Below, one piece after another: positions 38,016 through 51,318 of a DNA stretch of 64,000 nt. The stretch lies in NCBI RefSeq assembly GCF_018977255.1, contig NW_024704743.1, positions 74,216,001 to 74,280,000 of the forward strand, read 5' to 3'. Under the pieces are notes generated by a model. That model made no database searches. It had not been told where the DNA came from and saw only the letters and a program-made list of their open reading frames with translations. The position numbers were made by a program, and so were the translations under genes. The stretch's first letter is position 1. Each line of letters starts with the position of its first letter. Source of the stretch: Callorhinchus milii. Its lineage: Eukaryota.

Positions 38016-38793
38016 TAACAGCTGTTTTGGTATTCTGTGATGTGTATCTTTTTCTGGCCTGATTGTGTGGTGTGGGCATTAAAAATCCAGTGTGCCTCTC
38101 CACAGCTCTGTGCTGCTGATGCAAAGAGGTTTCACCCCAATAATCTTAACCAGCTTTATTAAATATCAATATATGGTTTGAGGGACTACTTAACACATAG
38201 AGCATTCCTGGCATTAAAGTCAGATTTTACAGTTCACATCTGTAGCGCTTAGGAAAGCTTATGAAAGCTGGAAATCCATTAACAGCAGCCATCTGGATGG
38301 CTCAGAGTCTGCTCATCAACATGTAAAAATCTACCTAAAATTGGGGTTAATTGTGGCAACAATTTACTTCATTACCATAGGCTCATAATGTAGAAACTCA
38401 CATGATTAATAAGTTACGATCTTAAAGAGTGCTGTGTATAAGCATTTTATGATCATTTCTAAAGATAAAAAGAGAGATTGGGATGAAGAAGGCCCTTGGA
38501 TCAGATTCAAAATTTTTGTCTTAACATTCAAATCTCCCCACGGCCTTGTCCCACTCTACCTCTGTGATCTCTTGCCATTCCACTGGCCTCACTGCTCCAT
38601 TCCCCCCTCAGCAAACACCAGTCAGCTTCACATCCTCCACCCTCTCTGCCCCACCAGCAGTGGGTGAACTTTCAACCATTCTGCACCTCCCTCTCTGAAA
38701 CCCCACCCTGGAGTCTCTCCACCACCACAAGACCCATGTCTTCAACCACATTTTCAGGCAATGTTTTCCACCCTCCATAAGCTTCCCCCCACT

Positions 38794-39810
38794 CATAGGA
38801 ACATAGGAACAGGCGTAGGCCATTCAGCCTGTCGAGCCTGTTCCGCCATTTAATTAGATCATGGCTGATCTATATCTTTACTAGAATTTCAAATCCAATT
38901 TCCCGCTTTCTCCCCATATTCCTTAATACCCCGACCTACCAAAAATCTGTCAATCTCTTTCTTGAAGGTGTGGATGGATCCAAGATCCACGGCTTTTGGG
39001 GGGAGAGAATTCCAGATTTCTACCACCCTTTGAGTGAAAAAATGCTTCCTGATTTCACTCTTAAATGACCTGGTTCTAATTTTAAGACTATGCCCCCTTT
39101 TTTCTTGGATTCCTCCACCAGAGGAAATAGCTTCTCTGTATCTACCTTATCAAATCCCTTTATCATCTTAAATACCTCAATCAAATCACCCCTCAACCTC
39201 CTCAGCTCAAGGGAATACAATCCAAGTTTAAGCAGCCTTTCCTCATAACTTAATCCTTCTAGGCCTGGTAACATTCTGGTGAACCTGCGCTGCACCCCCT
39301 CTAGGCCCAATATATCTTTCCTGAGGTGTGGTGCCCAAACCTGAACGCAGTCTCCAGATGGGGTCGGACTAACGCTCTGTACAGCTGAGGCATCATTTCT
39401 TCCCCTTTGTATTCCAGGCCCTTGAGATAAAGGCCAACATTCCATTCACCTTTTTGATTACTTTTTGCACCCGGGAACTCGTTTTTAGTGATTTGTGGAT
39501 ATAGACACCCAAATCCTTTTGCTCCTCCACAGTTCTTAATTTCTCCCCATTAAAAAAATATTCTGCTTTATCTTTTTTCGGTCCATGATGGATGACCTCA
39601 CACTTCCTTACATTGAACTCCATCTGTCACAGCTTTGCCCACTCACTTAATCTGTCTAAATCCCTTTGTAACTTCCTACTCCCATCTACACAATTTACTG
39701 AGCCTCCTATCTTAGTGTTGTCTGCAGACTTGAATATAAGCTTTCTATTCCTTCATCCAAGTCATTTATATATATGGCGAATAGCTGGGGTCCCAGTACA
39801 GACCCTGTGT
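38794..39810 (-). mobile_element. CR1 LINE 3' fragment
   Basis: MEFNVRKCEVIH and LEGVQRRFTRMLPGL..RRLRGDLIEVFK; (TTCCTATG)n tail at ~38794-38810. Confidence 0.93.
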
Positions 39811-42800
39811 TTTGCTATTCTTTCAATGAGACATAAAACCGAGGTTCAAGTGGAAGTTCAAGTGGAAATGAAAAATCCCCTGACATTTTTTGAAAAAAGT
39901 TTCTTGTGGTTTGAGATTAATTGGGTATTCACCTCATGGCGGTTTGTGGGACCTTGCAGTGCCCTTGACAATAATTACTGTAAAGTGCCTTGAGATGTTT
40001 CAGTATGATAAGGTGTTATCAAAAAAGGTCTCTTTTTCTTACACTTCCTAGCAGGAATCTATGGTTACATAGAGTGGCATTCCGAGACGCTACTCCGAGT
40101 GTTAGGCACTATATAAATGCAAGTTGTTGTTGTTGTTATTGATACAGCATGAATACAGGCCATTTGGTCCAACTAGTCCATGCCAGTCTTCATTCTCAAC
40201 ACATCACTCACTCCTCTTATTCCCTCACCTAAACCCTTCTATTCACGTTTTCTGTACATTTCCTTATTAAGCACTACAGAAAACTACATTCAAAGTCAAG
40301 ACTGAATGCAACAATTTGCATTCTGAGCAGGATTGGCAGCAGTTACTCACTTACCTTTCTTTGGTGAGAGACGCTGTGTTTGCGATGTGAGAGAGAACAA
40401 AACTTAATAAGGGGAGGTCACTCACAAATTACAGTAACTTGTCCTTTCTTGTGGAGTTACGAGGTCTGAGCTGGTGTACAAATTGGAAACCGGCAAGGAA
40501 AGAACTCTGGCTGACAAGCTATACGGATGGAACTAAATAGAAAGTCTTTGTTTTGGCTATGTGCTATTGGAGTGGATAGTTTCAGTGGATGCCACAGACA
40601 AAATCAACTGAACAGCATCATTCTATGCTGTTATTTCTATGAACCCTACAGTGATAGCTTGTGTAGGAACTTTGCAATAAGAAAAAGAATGCAATGATTT
40701 TAGTATGTTTGTCTTCTAATTACTATCCATGTTATTATTTCACATGGATGTTACCAGAGGTGAGGGTTACAGCTATCAAGAAAGATTGTAGAGATTATAC
40801 CTTTCTGGGGTTGAGACGATTGAAAGGGGACCTGATAAAGGTGTTTAATATTATGAAAGGATTCAATAAGTTAGATCTTAATGTAATGATGCTCAAAACT
40901 CAGGCATATTTGGTAATCTCTTTAGTCTCAGCTCAAAATAATCCAACACTCCAATCATAAACCCACACCGGCTATTCTCCCAGAATCCCTTTTTATATTT
41001 CCTGGTCTTCTTTTATTGTTTCCCAGTCAATTGTCTATTTCTTCTTAAAGGGTTATCCAAGACTTTATGGACCTTTTGCATTTGTTGGTGAGGGTATGGA
41101 TATGAGATAATGAGTAATAAATCTAATAGGGAGATTAGGAGGAGTACCTTCACAAAGAGGGTAGTTAGAATGTAGAACGCACAGCCGAAAACTTTAGTTG
41201 AAGCATATAGTATCAATAATATTTAAGAGAAAACTTAATACATTCATGATGGAGAAGGATATAGAGGGGTTATAACGGGGTTTTGGATGGGTGGGGGCTC
41301 ACACAATGTATAAACATGGGCAAAGACTAGTTGAGCCAAATGGCATGTTGTCTATCAATCTATGTAACTCTATATTATATTGTACTCAGGACCACCAGAG
41401 AATTGTGGAAATTCATGCTTACTTTTATGGGGCTTTTTGCCATTTCTAATGGATAGTTGCTTGGCCAATTTCATGATTGCTTCACATGATTGCTAACTGG
41501 TAACATTATCTCAGTAGTGCTACATATTCTATGGCAACCATTTATGCTAAAGCAAAACGTGCTTTTCACACATTTCACATTCACTTAGCCTATGATAGGC
41601 AGTATTAGAAACTTACACTGGCAGCTTGATTTGCTGCAATGATGCATCAACACCCCTATTTTCTCCCTTCCTCTCCTGCAGGTATTGACTCATGCTGGAG
41701 TGGCTTTCCACAGGCGCTACAAATTCTCAACTACATTGCCTATAGTTCACATTTTTCATACAGGAGCTTTGATCTCTATTCATTTTCTAGCAGGCATCAG
41801 TGCACAGTGATCAGAAGGGAAATCAAGCTATTTTTTCCCTGGACACAAATCCAAAGACACAAATGCTAATTGTAGTACCCCCAACTGAGGAAGTAAAATA
41901 TACCAGGGATGAAATATAGTATCTTCCTCATCTCCAAGGCTCAGTCCTACAGGCAATATATTTACCCACTGAGCTACTGACAATCTCTCCTCATAATGTA
42001 GGATCCCTAAAGATAAGTAAAATCTGAATTGTGCCTTGCATTCATTCATATTCATTATCAGGATTCTGCCTGGATCTAATAACCCATGCTGTTTGTGAGG
42101 AAAACATTGTTAAAAAAAAAGTCTTCATCGTTTAATCACTGCAATTTCAAATATTTATTTTCTTCCTTATTTAGACTCAAAGCAGATATCTTTGAATCTT
42201 TGAGCACATTCGCTACCTTGACATCTCACTACATGCAAATTATAATAATTCTTGCATTTCACATAGCACCTAGGAAAATCTCAAAGCACTTCACCCTGTC
42301 ACTCAGGATTACAGAACACTCTTAGGTTGTTGTGTAATGCTAAGTTACAAAATCATTCTCACTGTTCTCCTCCGAATTCTACCCAATGCATCCATGTCCC
42401 TTTGAAGTTAAGATCCCAAAATAGTTTGCAATAATGCAACTGTGTTCTGACCAACGATCCATGCTAGGTTACAGTGTCTTTTGATGCCAAAATGATGCAG
42501 TGTAATATTTCATTCACTTGGTCGATTACACCCTGAAACAGGAAACCTTCACGTTCAATCTTTTTCATGTCCATCGCTGCTAATGGGCAGCAGAAGGTCC
42601 AGATCCTGCAAATTCCTGTAGTCATTCTCCCCCAGACAGAGCTTCTCTACTTATTAGCAATGTCTAATTTTTATTACTGTGTCAGTTTTGCTGTACAAAC
42701 AGGGTCTCTGGCATAAAGACTCATGCTACAGTCCAGCTCTTGACAATACCTACAGAAGATGGTTTCAAGAGTGATGTACTACATCTGCATAGTATAAATG

Positions 42801-44149
42801 TGGCAGACACAAGTTGAATTGAGCTTCTCTCCTGAGGCCTGTTCAGAACAAAAGGAAGTGTATACATCTGAAGTAGATTCCATAAATGCTCAAATAAGGG
42901 AATTAGAGAGAACTTTGAAATAAGGATTTTTTTTTTTGGGGGGGTGGTCAGCAGAAAGGTGACATGCAGAAACCCATCACCATGCTTAAGAGTATCCAAA
43001 CCAAACTGAGAATTGAAATAAGGTAAAGAACATGTGGAGCGAGCAGGAAAGTGTGGCTCATGTGGAAAAAAATATCGGCGTGGAGTTGGCTGATTGTCCT
43101 ATTTCTGTGCTGTAACATTCTATGGTTCTAGATCAATAAGATACGTTACATAATCGCTCAGAATTTAAAGAATGACAAATTTATTTGAATGTGTTTTCAC
43201 TCCCCTAAAGCAATTGGAACTGGTGCTAAAACTGGCATTTTAAGAAATGGCATTTTTATAGCCTCTTAACACATCAAATTATCTCAAAGCACATCACAAA
43301 TGAATTCCTATCAAATGGAGCGACTGTTTCTGCACGTAGTCATTTGTATCAACAATGTCCCACAAACAACCATGAGAGTGTATTGGACATTAACAGCATG
43401 GAGCACAAGACTCCACCCCTTATAATCCCCAATCCTGTTCCCTTCTATTTCCTTCTCTCACAAATGCATCAAATTTCCTCTAAAATACATTGATGATTTT
43501 TAATAAAAATAATCCTTGCATTTGTTATAGTGCCTTATCACGTTTTCTAGACTTCTCAAAGCGCTTCACAGAATATACTGTAAAGTGATTTGGGACTTAC
43601 TGGAGTTCAACCAATTTTTCCTTCTACTCTTACCAATGGCTGCTGCAAAAAAAAATTCTTCCAAAACATCCTTTTAGATCCTTTTAAGACCTGCTACTGG
43701 CTGTTTAATATTTATGCTGCCTGATTTCGGACTCACAAACAGATGGCCAATTAATCTGGGTTATTATTGCCAAGGACACTTGGAGAAACTCCCTTCTTTT
43801 TTTGAATTTGTCAATTGGCATAAAATACCAGATCATACAAATTGCCAGAATTGACCAAATCACATTAATACCATCCAAAATAGCCTTAAGTGCTCTGGGA
43901 CTCTACTCTGCATGAGGGATGCAATATAAACGCAAGTTGTTGTTAATGCATATCCTGTCATTTTCCAGATGGTGGTAATCAGGTCCGGAAAGTGGTGCCT
44001 GTCGCCATATTTGTAAAATATTAATTCATGAATTAGTAAGCACCCTCACATATGTGGTGAACTTTATTATCAGCAATTGCATTATGGAACAATTTTTCAA
44101 GGACACTTTTTTGAATTCAATGAACACGAGTAGATGAAGATGACAGAAA

Positions 44150-46457
44150 CAACTGCACTTATATAGCACCCTCCACGCAGTGCTTAACAGTGGTGGAGCC
44201 TGACTCCGAGCTGGGGGAGGGGGGAAATGGCCATAAGCACACTCAAAGAGGAAAGTTTTTAGGTGGGACATGAAAGAGGGGAGGGAGCGGGCAAGGCGAA
44301 GGGATTGAGAGAGTGTTCCAGAGTTTTGGGGCATAGTGGCTGAAAATGTGACCTCCAATGGCCGGCGCCAGTTGAGCAGAGGTGGTGGATTGGGGAGTGA
44401 GGAGGTTGGAGAGGTAGGGAGGTGCCAGGGAGTGAATGGATTTGAACACGAGTGTGAGGGTATTGAAATCGATCCGTTCGGTGATGGGGAGCCAGTGGAG
44501 CCTGGTCAAAAATGGTGAGATGTTTGGTCCGGGTCAGTATGCGGGCGGCAGAATTTTGAATGAGCTGGATCTTGTGAGTAATGGAGCTGGGGAGACCGAC
44601 GAGGAGTGCGTTGGAGTAATCCAGGCAGGAGGTGACAAACGCATGCACGAGGGTTTCGGTTGCATTTGGGTAAGATACGGTCAGAGGCGGGTAATGTGGC
44701 GGAGGTGGAGGAAGGCAGTCTTAATCAGGGACTGGATGTGGGGGAGGAAGGACAGTTGGGGGTCGAACTGGACGCCTAGCTTGCAAACTGATTTGGTGAG
44801 TCTGAGAAAGAGCTCAGGGGGGTTATGGAGTTCAGATCTGCAGCAGTGAAGATGTTGATGGGAGCCAAGGAGCATGGCTTCTGTCTTGTCCATATCAGCT
44901 GCAGGAAGTTTACACTAATCCAGGCCCTGATGACTGCCAGACAAGCTGATAAAACATCAGCAGTTGGTACTGGAAGAGGCAAAGTAGATTTGCGTGTCAT
45001 CCACATACAAGTTTACCCTGTGTCTGCAGATGACTTTGCCCAGAGGGAGCATATAGATGAGGAAAAGTAGAGGGCCAAAGATGGAGCCCTGGGGTACCTC
45101 TCAGGTGATTGGGCGGGGACGGGAGGAGAAACCATTTATTGAGGTGAAATGGAAGGATTTTGTATTCAAATCCCTCCACTCCTCTGTACCCCCGTACCTC
45201 TCTGACCTCCTCTCTCCTCAAAACAGTACCCATTGCCTTCGATCCTCCGGGTCTGGCCTCTTCCTCATCCCCCAAGTCCTCCACTCCATCCTCAGTGGCC
45301 GTGCCTTCAGCCACTATGCCCCGAGGCTCTGGAATTCCCTTCCTCACTCCCTTCGCCTCGCCCCCTCTCTTCCTACTTTCAGATCCCTTCTGAAGACCTT
45401 TCTTTTCAACCGCGCCTTTGGTCACCTTCCTCCCCCTCCCCCTGACTCGGCCCCGTGATCCGTTACTGTGAAGCGTTCTGAGATGCCGTCAGGCATAGAG
45501 GGCGCTATATAAATCCAAGTAGCTGTTGCTGTTGTTGGAGGCGGTTGGTTAAGTAGGACTCAAACCATGCAAGTGGGGCCACACTAAGGTAGATGAGAGA
45601 GGAGAGCTGATGGAGGAGGATGGTGTGGTCAACTGTGCGAACACGGCAGAGAGATCCAGGAGGATGAGGAGGCGGGAGCCCTGTTCCTAGATAGAGAGAA
45701 TATTGTTTGTGACTTTGACAAGTGCTGTCTCTGTGCTGTGCCCAGGTGAAAACCAAACTGCAGGGGCTCAAGGAGGGAGTGGAGGTAGAGGTGTGACTGG
45801 AGTTGATCTTCAACAATGTGTTCCAGGACTTTGGCAAGGAGGGGTAGGTTGAAGATGGGATGGTAGTGTGAGAGATTAGGGGGATCGAGGGGGGGTTTTT
45901 GAGGAGGGGTGTGATAACAGTGGTTTTCAGGGGGAGTGGAACAGAGCCTGAAGAGAGAGACTGGTTGACCATGTGGGCCAGCAGTGGGGAGAGAAGGGGG
46001 CGTCGAGTGATCAGCATCTGGGTGGGGAGGGGATCAAGGTAGCAGGTGGTGAACTTCATGCGGGTGATTGTGGTTGAGAGGGAGGAGAGAGAAATGGGGG
46101 CAAAGGAGTGTAAGGAGGGGCAGTGGCTGGAGCTGTGGCAGAGGAAGAAGGCGGTGCGGATAGTCTGGGTGGGGTGGAAGGGGACAGAGTTGGGGTGGGG
46201 GGGCTGGTGAGGGGGGAATGATGCAGCCAAGCAGATGTTTTCAATTTTTGAGGTGAAGAAGTCTAGAACCTCTTTGCACTTGGCGTTTGTTGGGAGGATA
46301 GAGTGAGCTTGATGGGGTGCACGGAGGAGTGATGGACGGTGGAAACAGCGTCTTTGGATTGTTGTTTGCCTCCAGGATGACTTTGGAGTAAAGGTCAGTT
46401 TTGGCCTGTGAAAGGGAGAGGCAGTACGTGCGGAGGCGCTCGAGCCACAGCTGGCAG
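44150..46457 (-). mobile_element. L2 LINE (subfamily B), longest copy, interrupted by an antisense L2
   Basis: Frameshifted ORF2 pieces: TTCYLDPLPT, SGSVPLPLKTTVITPLLK, VDHTILL, DKTEAMLLG, HAFVTSCLDYSNALL. Confidence 0.92.
45154..45535 (+). mobile_element. L2 3' fragment nested antisense in L2
   Basis: VFKSLHSSVPPYLSDLL..GRAFSHYAPRLWNSLP; tail ctgttgctgttgt. Host tgga appears on both sides. Confidence 0.88.
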
Positions 46458-47434
46458 TGAACGATCAGAGAACAGGGAGTTATAAATGGAACATGAAAGA
46501 CCTTATCGTCTCAAATACTCAGGAGAGAAAGGTTATATCCATGGTTCAGGTTTGCATTACAAAGGAGCTTGATAAGCACATTTTCTTCATATTGCCTTCA
46601 TATCAACTCAGCTCAAAAAAAAGTTCACAAATACACTTTTTTCAATAAATGAAACTTGCAACACGATGCAAGTTTTTTTATTCTATGAATAATTTTTTTA
46701 TATAAATATACTAACACTAGGCCACGTCCATGTGTGCCTCTTCATTCCCCAACCACCCAACCAATACAATATGTCATTTTGTGCTCCACAATATATCCGG
46801 GCCTTACAGCACAGATGTAATTGCTTAAAACATATGTGGTTGCCACGTATAGCAAATAAAAATCCAACTTCTTTTCACTTTTGTCTATGTGATTTTTGGC
46901 AGATCCCATCGCTTCCAAATGTGAAACAGTGAGTAGGAAGCTGGAAATGGATTGCTCTGGACCACAACAATAAAACAACAGCTATGAAAATATCAGTGCA
47001 GGTTCTCAGCTTTATTTTGATGGCTCAAGTGTGGAGCAGTGGAGTCCGTGAACACATACTGTTTTCAAGTTAAACCTCCAAACTATAATAAACCATTTTT
47101 GGCTCTGATGCAAGGATCGTTTAAATTACAAAATATTTAAAAGGGTAATTAGAAAATGTTTCTTTGGTAGTTGGAATTTGGAATTCTCTGTCGCAAACTG
47201 TCGTTGAAGTAAATGGACTATTTTAAAGGGGGTTAGATAGATTGTTGAAAAAGTACAAATAAGTTTATGGGAAGTGAGCAAGAGTGTAAATTGACTGAGT
47301 TGTTCGTATCGAGAAATACACCAGTGCAAACCTGATGGATCAAATGACCAATTTCTGTGCTGTTTTATGATTATACAAGCTATCAGGTGTAAACGCTTAA
47401 ATAGATGTGACCCCAATTTTACCATGGAGACCCC

Positions 47435-47750
47435 TCACCCAGGGTAGCATCCCAGAGTACTTAACCTTGGTGGAGCATGACGCTGAGCTGGGGTGAGATG
47501 ACCATAGACACGATCGAAGAGGAAGGTCTTCAGGCTAACCTGAAAATGGGGAAGGAAGGGGCAAGGCAGAGGGATATAGGAAGGGTGTTCCAGAGTTTGG
47601 GGGAGTAGTGGCTGAAAGCATGGCCACTGATAATCGAACAAAGGGTTTGAGGGATAAGCAAGAGGTCAGAGCCAGTCAAGTGGAGGCAGCGGGTTGTGGA
47701 TTCAGGGTAAGCAGGTCGGAGAACAGCGAGGAGAGCATTTGAATAGTCTA
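47435..47750 (-). mobile_element. L2 3' fragment
   Basis: DYSNALLA..GHAFSHYSPKLWNTLP. Confidence 0.8.
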
Positions 47751-48844
47751 CAAGTGGCTCCACGAGAATCCTAATGGAGGTCAGACAAAATACTGTGTTT
47801 TCTCTGTAAGCAAATAACTGTTGCTCAATATTTCTGCCCCTCTCAGCAGCGTGGTCACATCTGTGCAGTGGATTAAAGAGGTGCTATTGCTAGCGGTGCT
47901 ATGCTCAAAGGGAACACTAAACAATGCCTGAGAAGTTATCCAACAAACAGTAAGAATGTAATGAACACCATGCGACCAGGGTACAGATGAAGCACAATAA
48001 ATGAAAGAAGCCAGAAGTTACAGGGTTTTAGTCTATTCTAGAAAAAGCAATTACAGTTTCATTTTTGAAAAAGTGTGCCTTTCTCATTCTCCAATTCTTC
48101 CCAAGATTCTGAATCATTCAGCAATCTGCCAGGTTTTGGTGAGGCCAGAAATATTTGTGAGCCTGCGTATGGGAACTTTGTTTTTCTTCGTACCCCTCTC
48201 CTGAAGACTAATTCTCACTGAGGTGCAATCTCACAGGCAGGCCCTATGGCTCCTCACCCCAGTAGCCATTCACATTTAGAGCCTAGAGAGTGTTGGCAGT
48301 GACCACGAGCACCAGTCAGACCCAATCTCATCTTCAAGGGATAAACGCACGAGCACCCATCCTAGGGGGGCATCCACTGCATAGGAATCAGGAGTAGGAT
48401 GTCAGGCTGATTATTTTTCCCTCCCTACCTCATGCACGGAGTCTAACTGTAAGGCACCCTGAAATTGTGTGCACATCTTGATGATGGGAGGGGTGTGGGG
48501 GCAGGGAGTGGGGTACTAAGCAACCCTTGTAACTGTGCGCTGCAAGGGGGGGGGAAGCCTTGGTCCCTCCACTAAAGTGGAGTGTGCAGAGGCCATCCCA
48601 CCTTTCTCCCCCGCCCCACCCTCCCGGGTCTGTTGCGTCTGTAACGGGATAATAATGAGTTGCGGTTTTCTTTGTGTTGTGAGAATTGTTTGAGATGAGT
48701 GTAAATATAATATATTCTATCCACAAATAAATATATATTTTGTTTAAAAACAACTGTAGGGCCCAACTGTCTGTGTGACTGAGATCATTAACTCAGAGCG
48801 GAACAGGGATTTGAACATGGGTCCTTTAGAATCTGTGACTGTTT

Positions 48845-49156
48845 TTTTATGCTTGCATTTGATATAGCGCTTTTCACGTTGGGAGGACGTCCCAAAGCGC
48901 TTCACAGAACACACTGTAAAGTGAATTGACTGTATATTTGTGGGCGAATGCGGCAGCCAATTGCGCACAGCAATGTCCCACAAACAGTCGTAGATTGAAA
49001 ATGACCAATTTATTATTGTTTTTGGTTTTGGAGGGATTATTATTAGGCTCTGTGTGGAGTAAGGAAACTTGCCCAAGGTTTCGCCCTCTGCCTGGAATTG
49101 AACTCAGGTCTCTCGCTTGCAAAGCGAGTGCTCTAACCACTGAGCTATAGGACTCC
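48845..49156 (-). mobile_element. tRNA-Ala SINE (short subfamily)
   Basis: Reverse complement of the 4449/23728 copies, but without the (TTA)n tail. Confidence 0.92.
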
Positions 49157-49329
49157 ACAACTAGGTTATTTCACACGAGGTAACAGCTAGTTACAACTGT
49201 TTCACACTAGGTAACAGCTTTACCAACTGACAAGGGACATGCTTCAGAGCTATAGGCTGAAGTAAGTTGATTTAAAACTGAAAAAAAGCACAACAATCAA
49301 CACAAATGTTTTTTTTAAACTATCATCCA

Positions 49330-49335
49330 TTTATT
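49330..49335 (-). terminator. Candidate POMGNT2 polyadenylation signal
   Basis: Minus-strand AATAAA followed by GU-rich tttgtgttgattgttgtgctttttt. Would give a ~2.0-kb 3' UTR. Confidence 0.55.
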
Positions 49336-51318
49336 GATAAACATTTGTTCTTTCCCGTTGATTACCAACACTATCATTGCTAATAACATAGCAATCAGAC
49401 ACAATAAATACATTTATCAAGCAATTGTCAATACCTTACACAAAATAGTTCACATTAGATCACTTTTGCCTTTTACAAATGAAGTACCGTACTGATAATT
49501 TGTAACCTGCATTGTTTACTCTAATCTTATTACAATGTCGCACTATAAACACCTACAAAGGAATGCAGAATTATTTCATCTAATCCATATGTCCTCAAAC
49601 TAGCGAAACATTTGATCAAGGGTGACTGTTTGAGATTTCGTTGATCTGACACATCTGTCACATCCAGTTGACATTCATTTCAAGGCATGACCCATTGGGT
49701 GTTCCTTCCCCATTAGAATATGTGCCATGGACATTTAAATTAAAAGCAAAGAGGTAACTTCACAATCCATCAAAGGTCTTACGGTAATAGTACAGTACGA
49801 TAACTGGGAGGTGAGAAAAGAAAATTTAACAAACAAGCAGGAAACCAGAGGAAGACAAGACAGACAATAATGACTTCTGTATTCTGTCACGTCATAAGTG
49901 GAATTGTCTGCACAGATACAATGGGCCAAATGGCCTCCTTTCTGTGCTGAAAATGTCTACATTTAAAATCAGACTCCCTTTTGGTGGTGTAAAAAAATCA
50001 TTGAACTTGATAGTGCCTTTCACTTTGGGAGGATGTCTAAAAGCGCTTCACAGGATTTATTGTGAAGTGTAGTGACTATTGTTGTAGTTGAGCAATCCTT
50101 TCTTGTATAAATAATACATACAAATAAATAAGTTTTTTTTTAAAAAAAGTAGACTGTGTAGAATCTCGGGAAAGTTTTGCATTTCATCAAATGCTGCTTT
50201 TACTGATCACCATCTACAACCTCAGACACCCACTGGAGAACAAAAGGCAGCAAAAATGGATTCCCCTCTTCCCGACCTGGCACGACAGGATATGTAGGAT
50301 ATTTTCTCTTCCATTACTAATAAAATGTCTACATTAAAATGGTTGCATTTCAGTAGGTACAGACAGTATTGTCCTTTTAATTATTTCCAAGCATTATTTT
50401 TAAGGCAAATGTTGCTACTTCCGAGGGCACACACCTTCTGGCTACTGGCAATGGTTACGGTACAATTAATCTTGTACATTAAAATTATCTCTGCTGTGGC
50501 TAGATCAGCAAAAAAAACAATGAGTCACAACTGTTAACACTTCAACAACATCTTTAAATATATATGCAACATTAGCAAGGAAAGATCTCTAGCACATTTA
50601 CTTTACTGAAATTTGAATATTAACCGTTAATGTGGTTGTTACTGTTAAATAGTATGCCTTTGGATCATACGAGAGGCACTTATGTAACTCTCAACAACAC
50701 AGCTAGTTACTTTTTTTGGGGGGAGAGACGGGGAGTTGAAACAGATGACTCTTTTTTCCTTCTAATTCACCTCTGACACTGTTCAAAATGCATTATTCAT
50801 GAACCAGGTAACCGAGATTGCAAACTGCAAATCCCTTCCATTATTTTCGTACTCTCAACATTTATACCTGACAAGCACCTTCCCCTTCTGCAGTCAATGG
50901 TATTCTCACCATTCTCATCAACTCAGCGACTCCTTAATTTAAGATGCTGTAGGCTTACATCCAGCTAACGTGTTAGGAGTCTGGCCAAAATGGTCATTAC
51001 CAATGTCTCTTGTGATCTTTCACATCCAACACTGAACGGTGAACTTTATCCCACCTACGATTGGCTTTGAACCTGGGTCTCTAGAGGTAGAGCAGCACCA
51101 GAGACCACAGGCTCATCTACCTGTGTAAGAAGCCCCCCAAACAAGCCATTATTTATGAATTTAAAAATGTCACTTGACTGATCTGTTCCATTATGCAATA
51201 CACGATTTTTCATTTCTAGGGCTAACAGAATATTACATTACACATTGTCAAAGCCACACAATCTATTGAAGAAAGTAAGAAATTATATTTCTTTCTTGCC
51301 CATCTTGAAATCTTGCCA

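Noticed and set aside
49160..49230. CRISPR-like repeats (tttcacac.aggtaacagct x2; also 57882-57917)
   Set aside because: Only two units each, no spacer array and no cas genes; simple tandem duplications in eukaryotic DNA.
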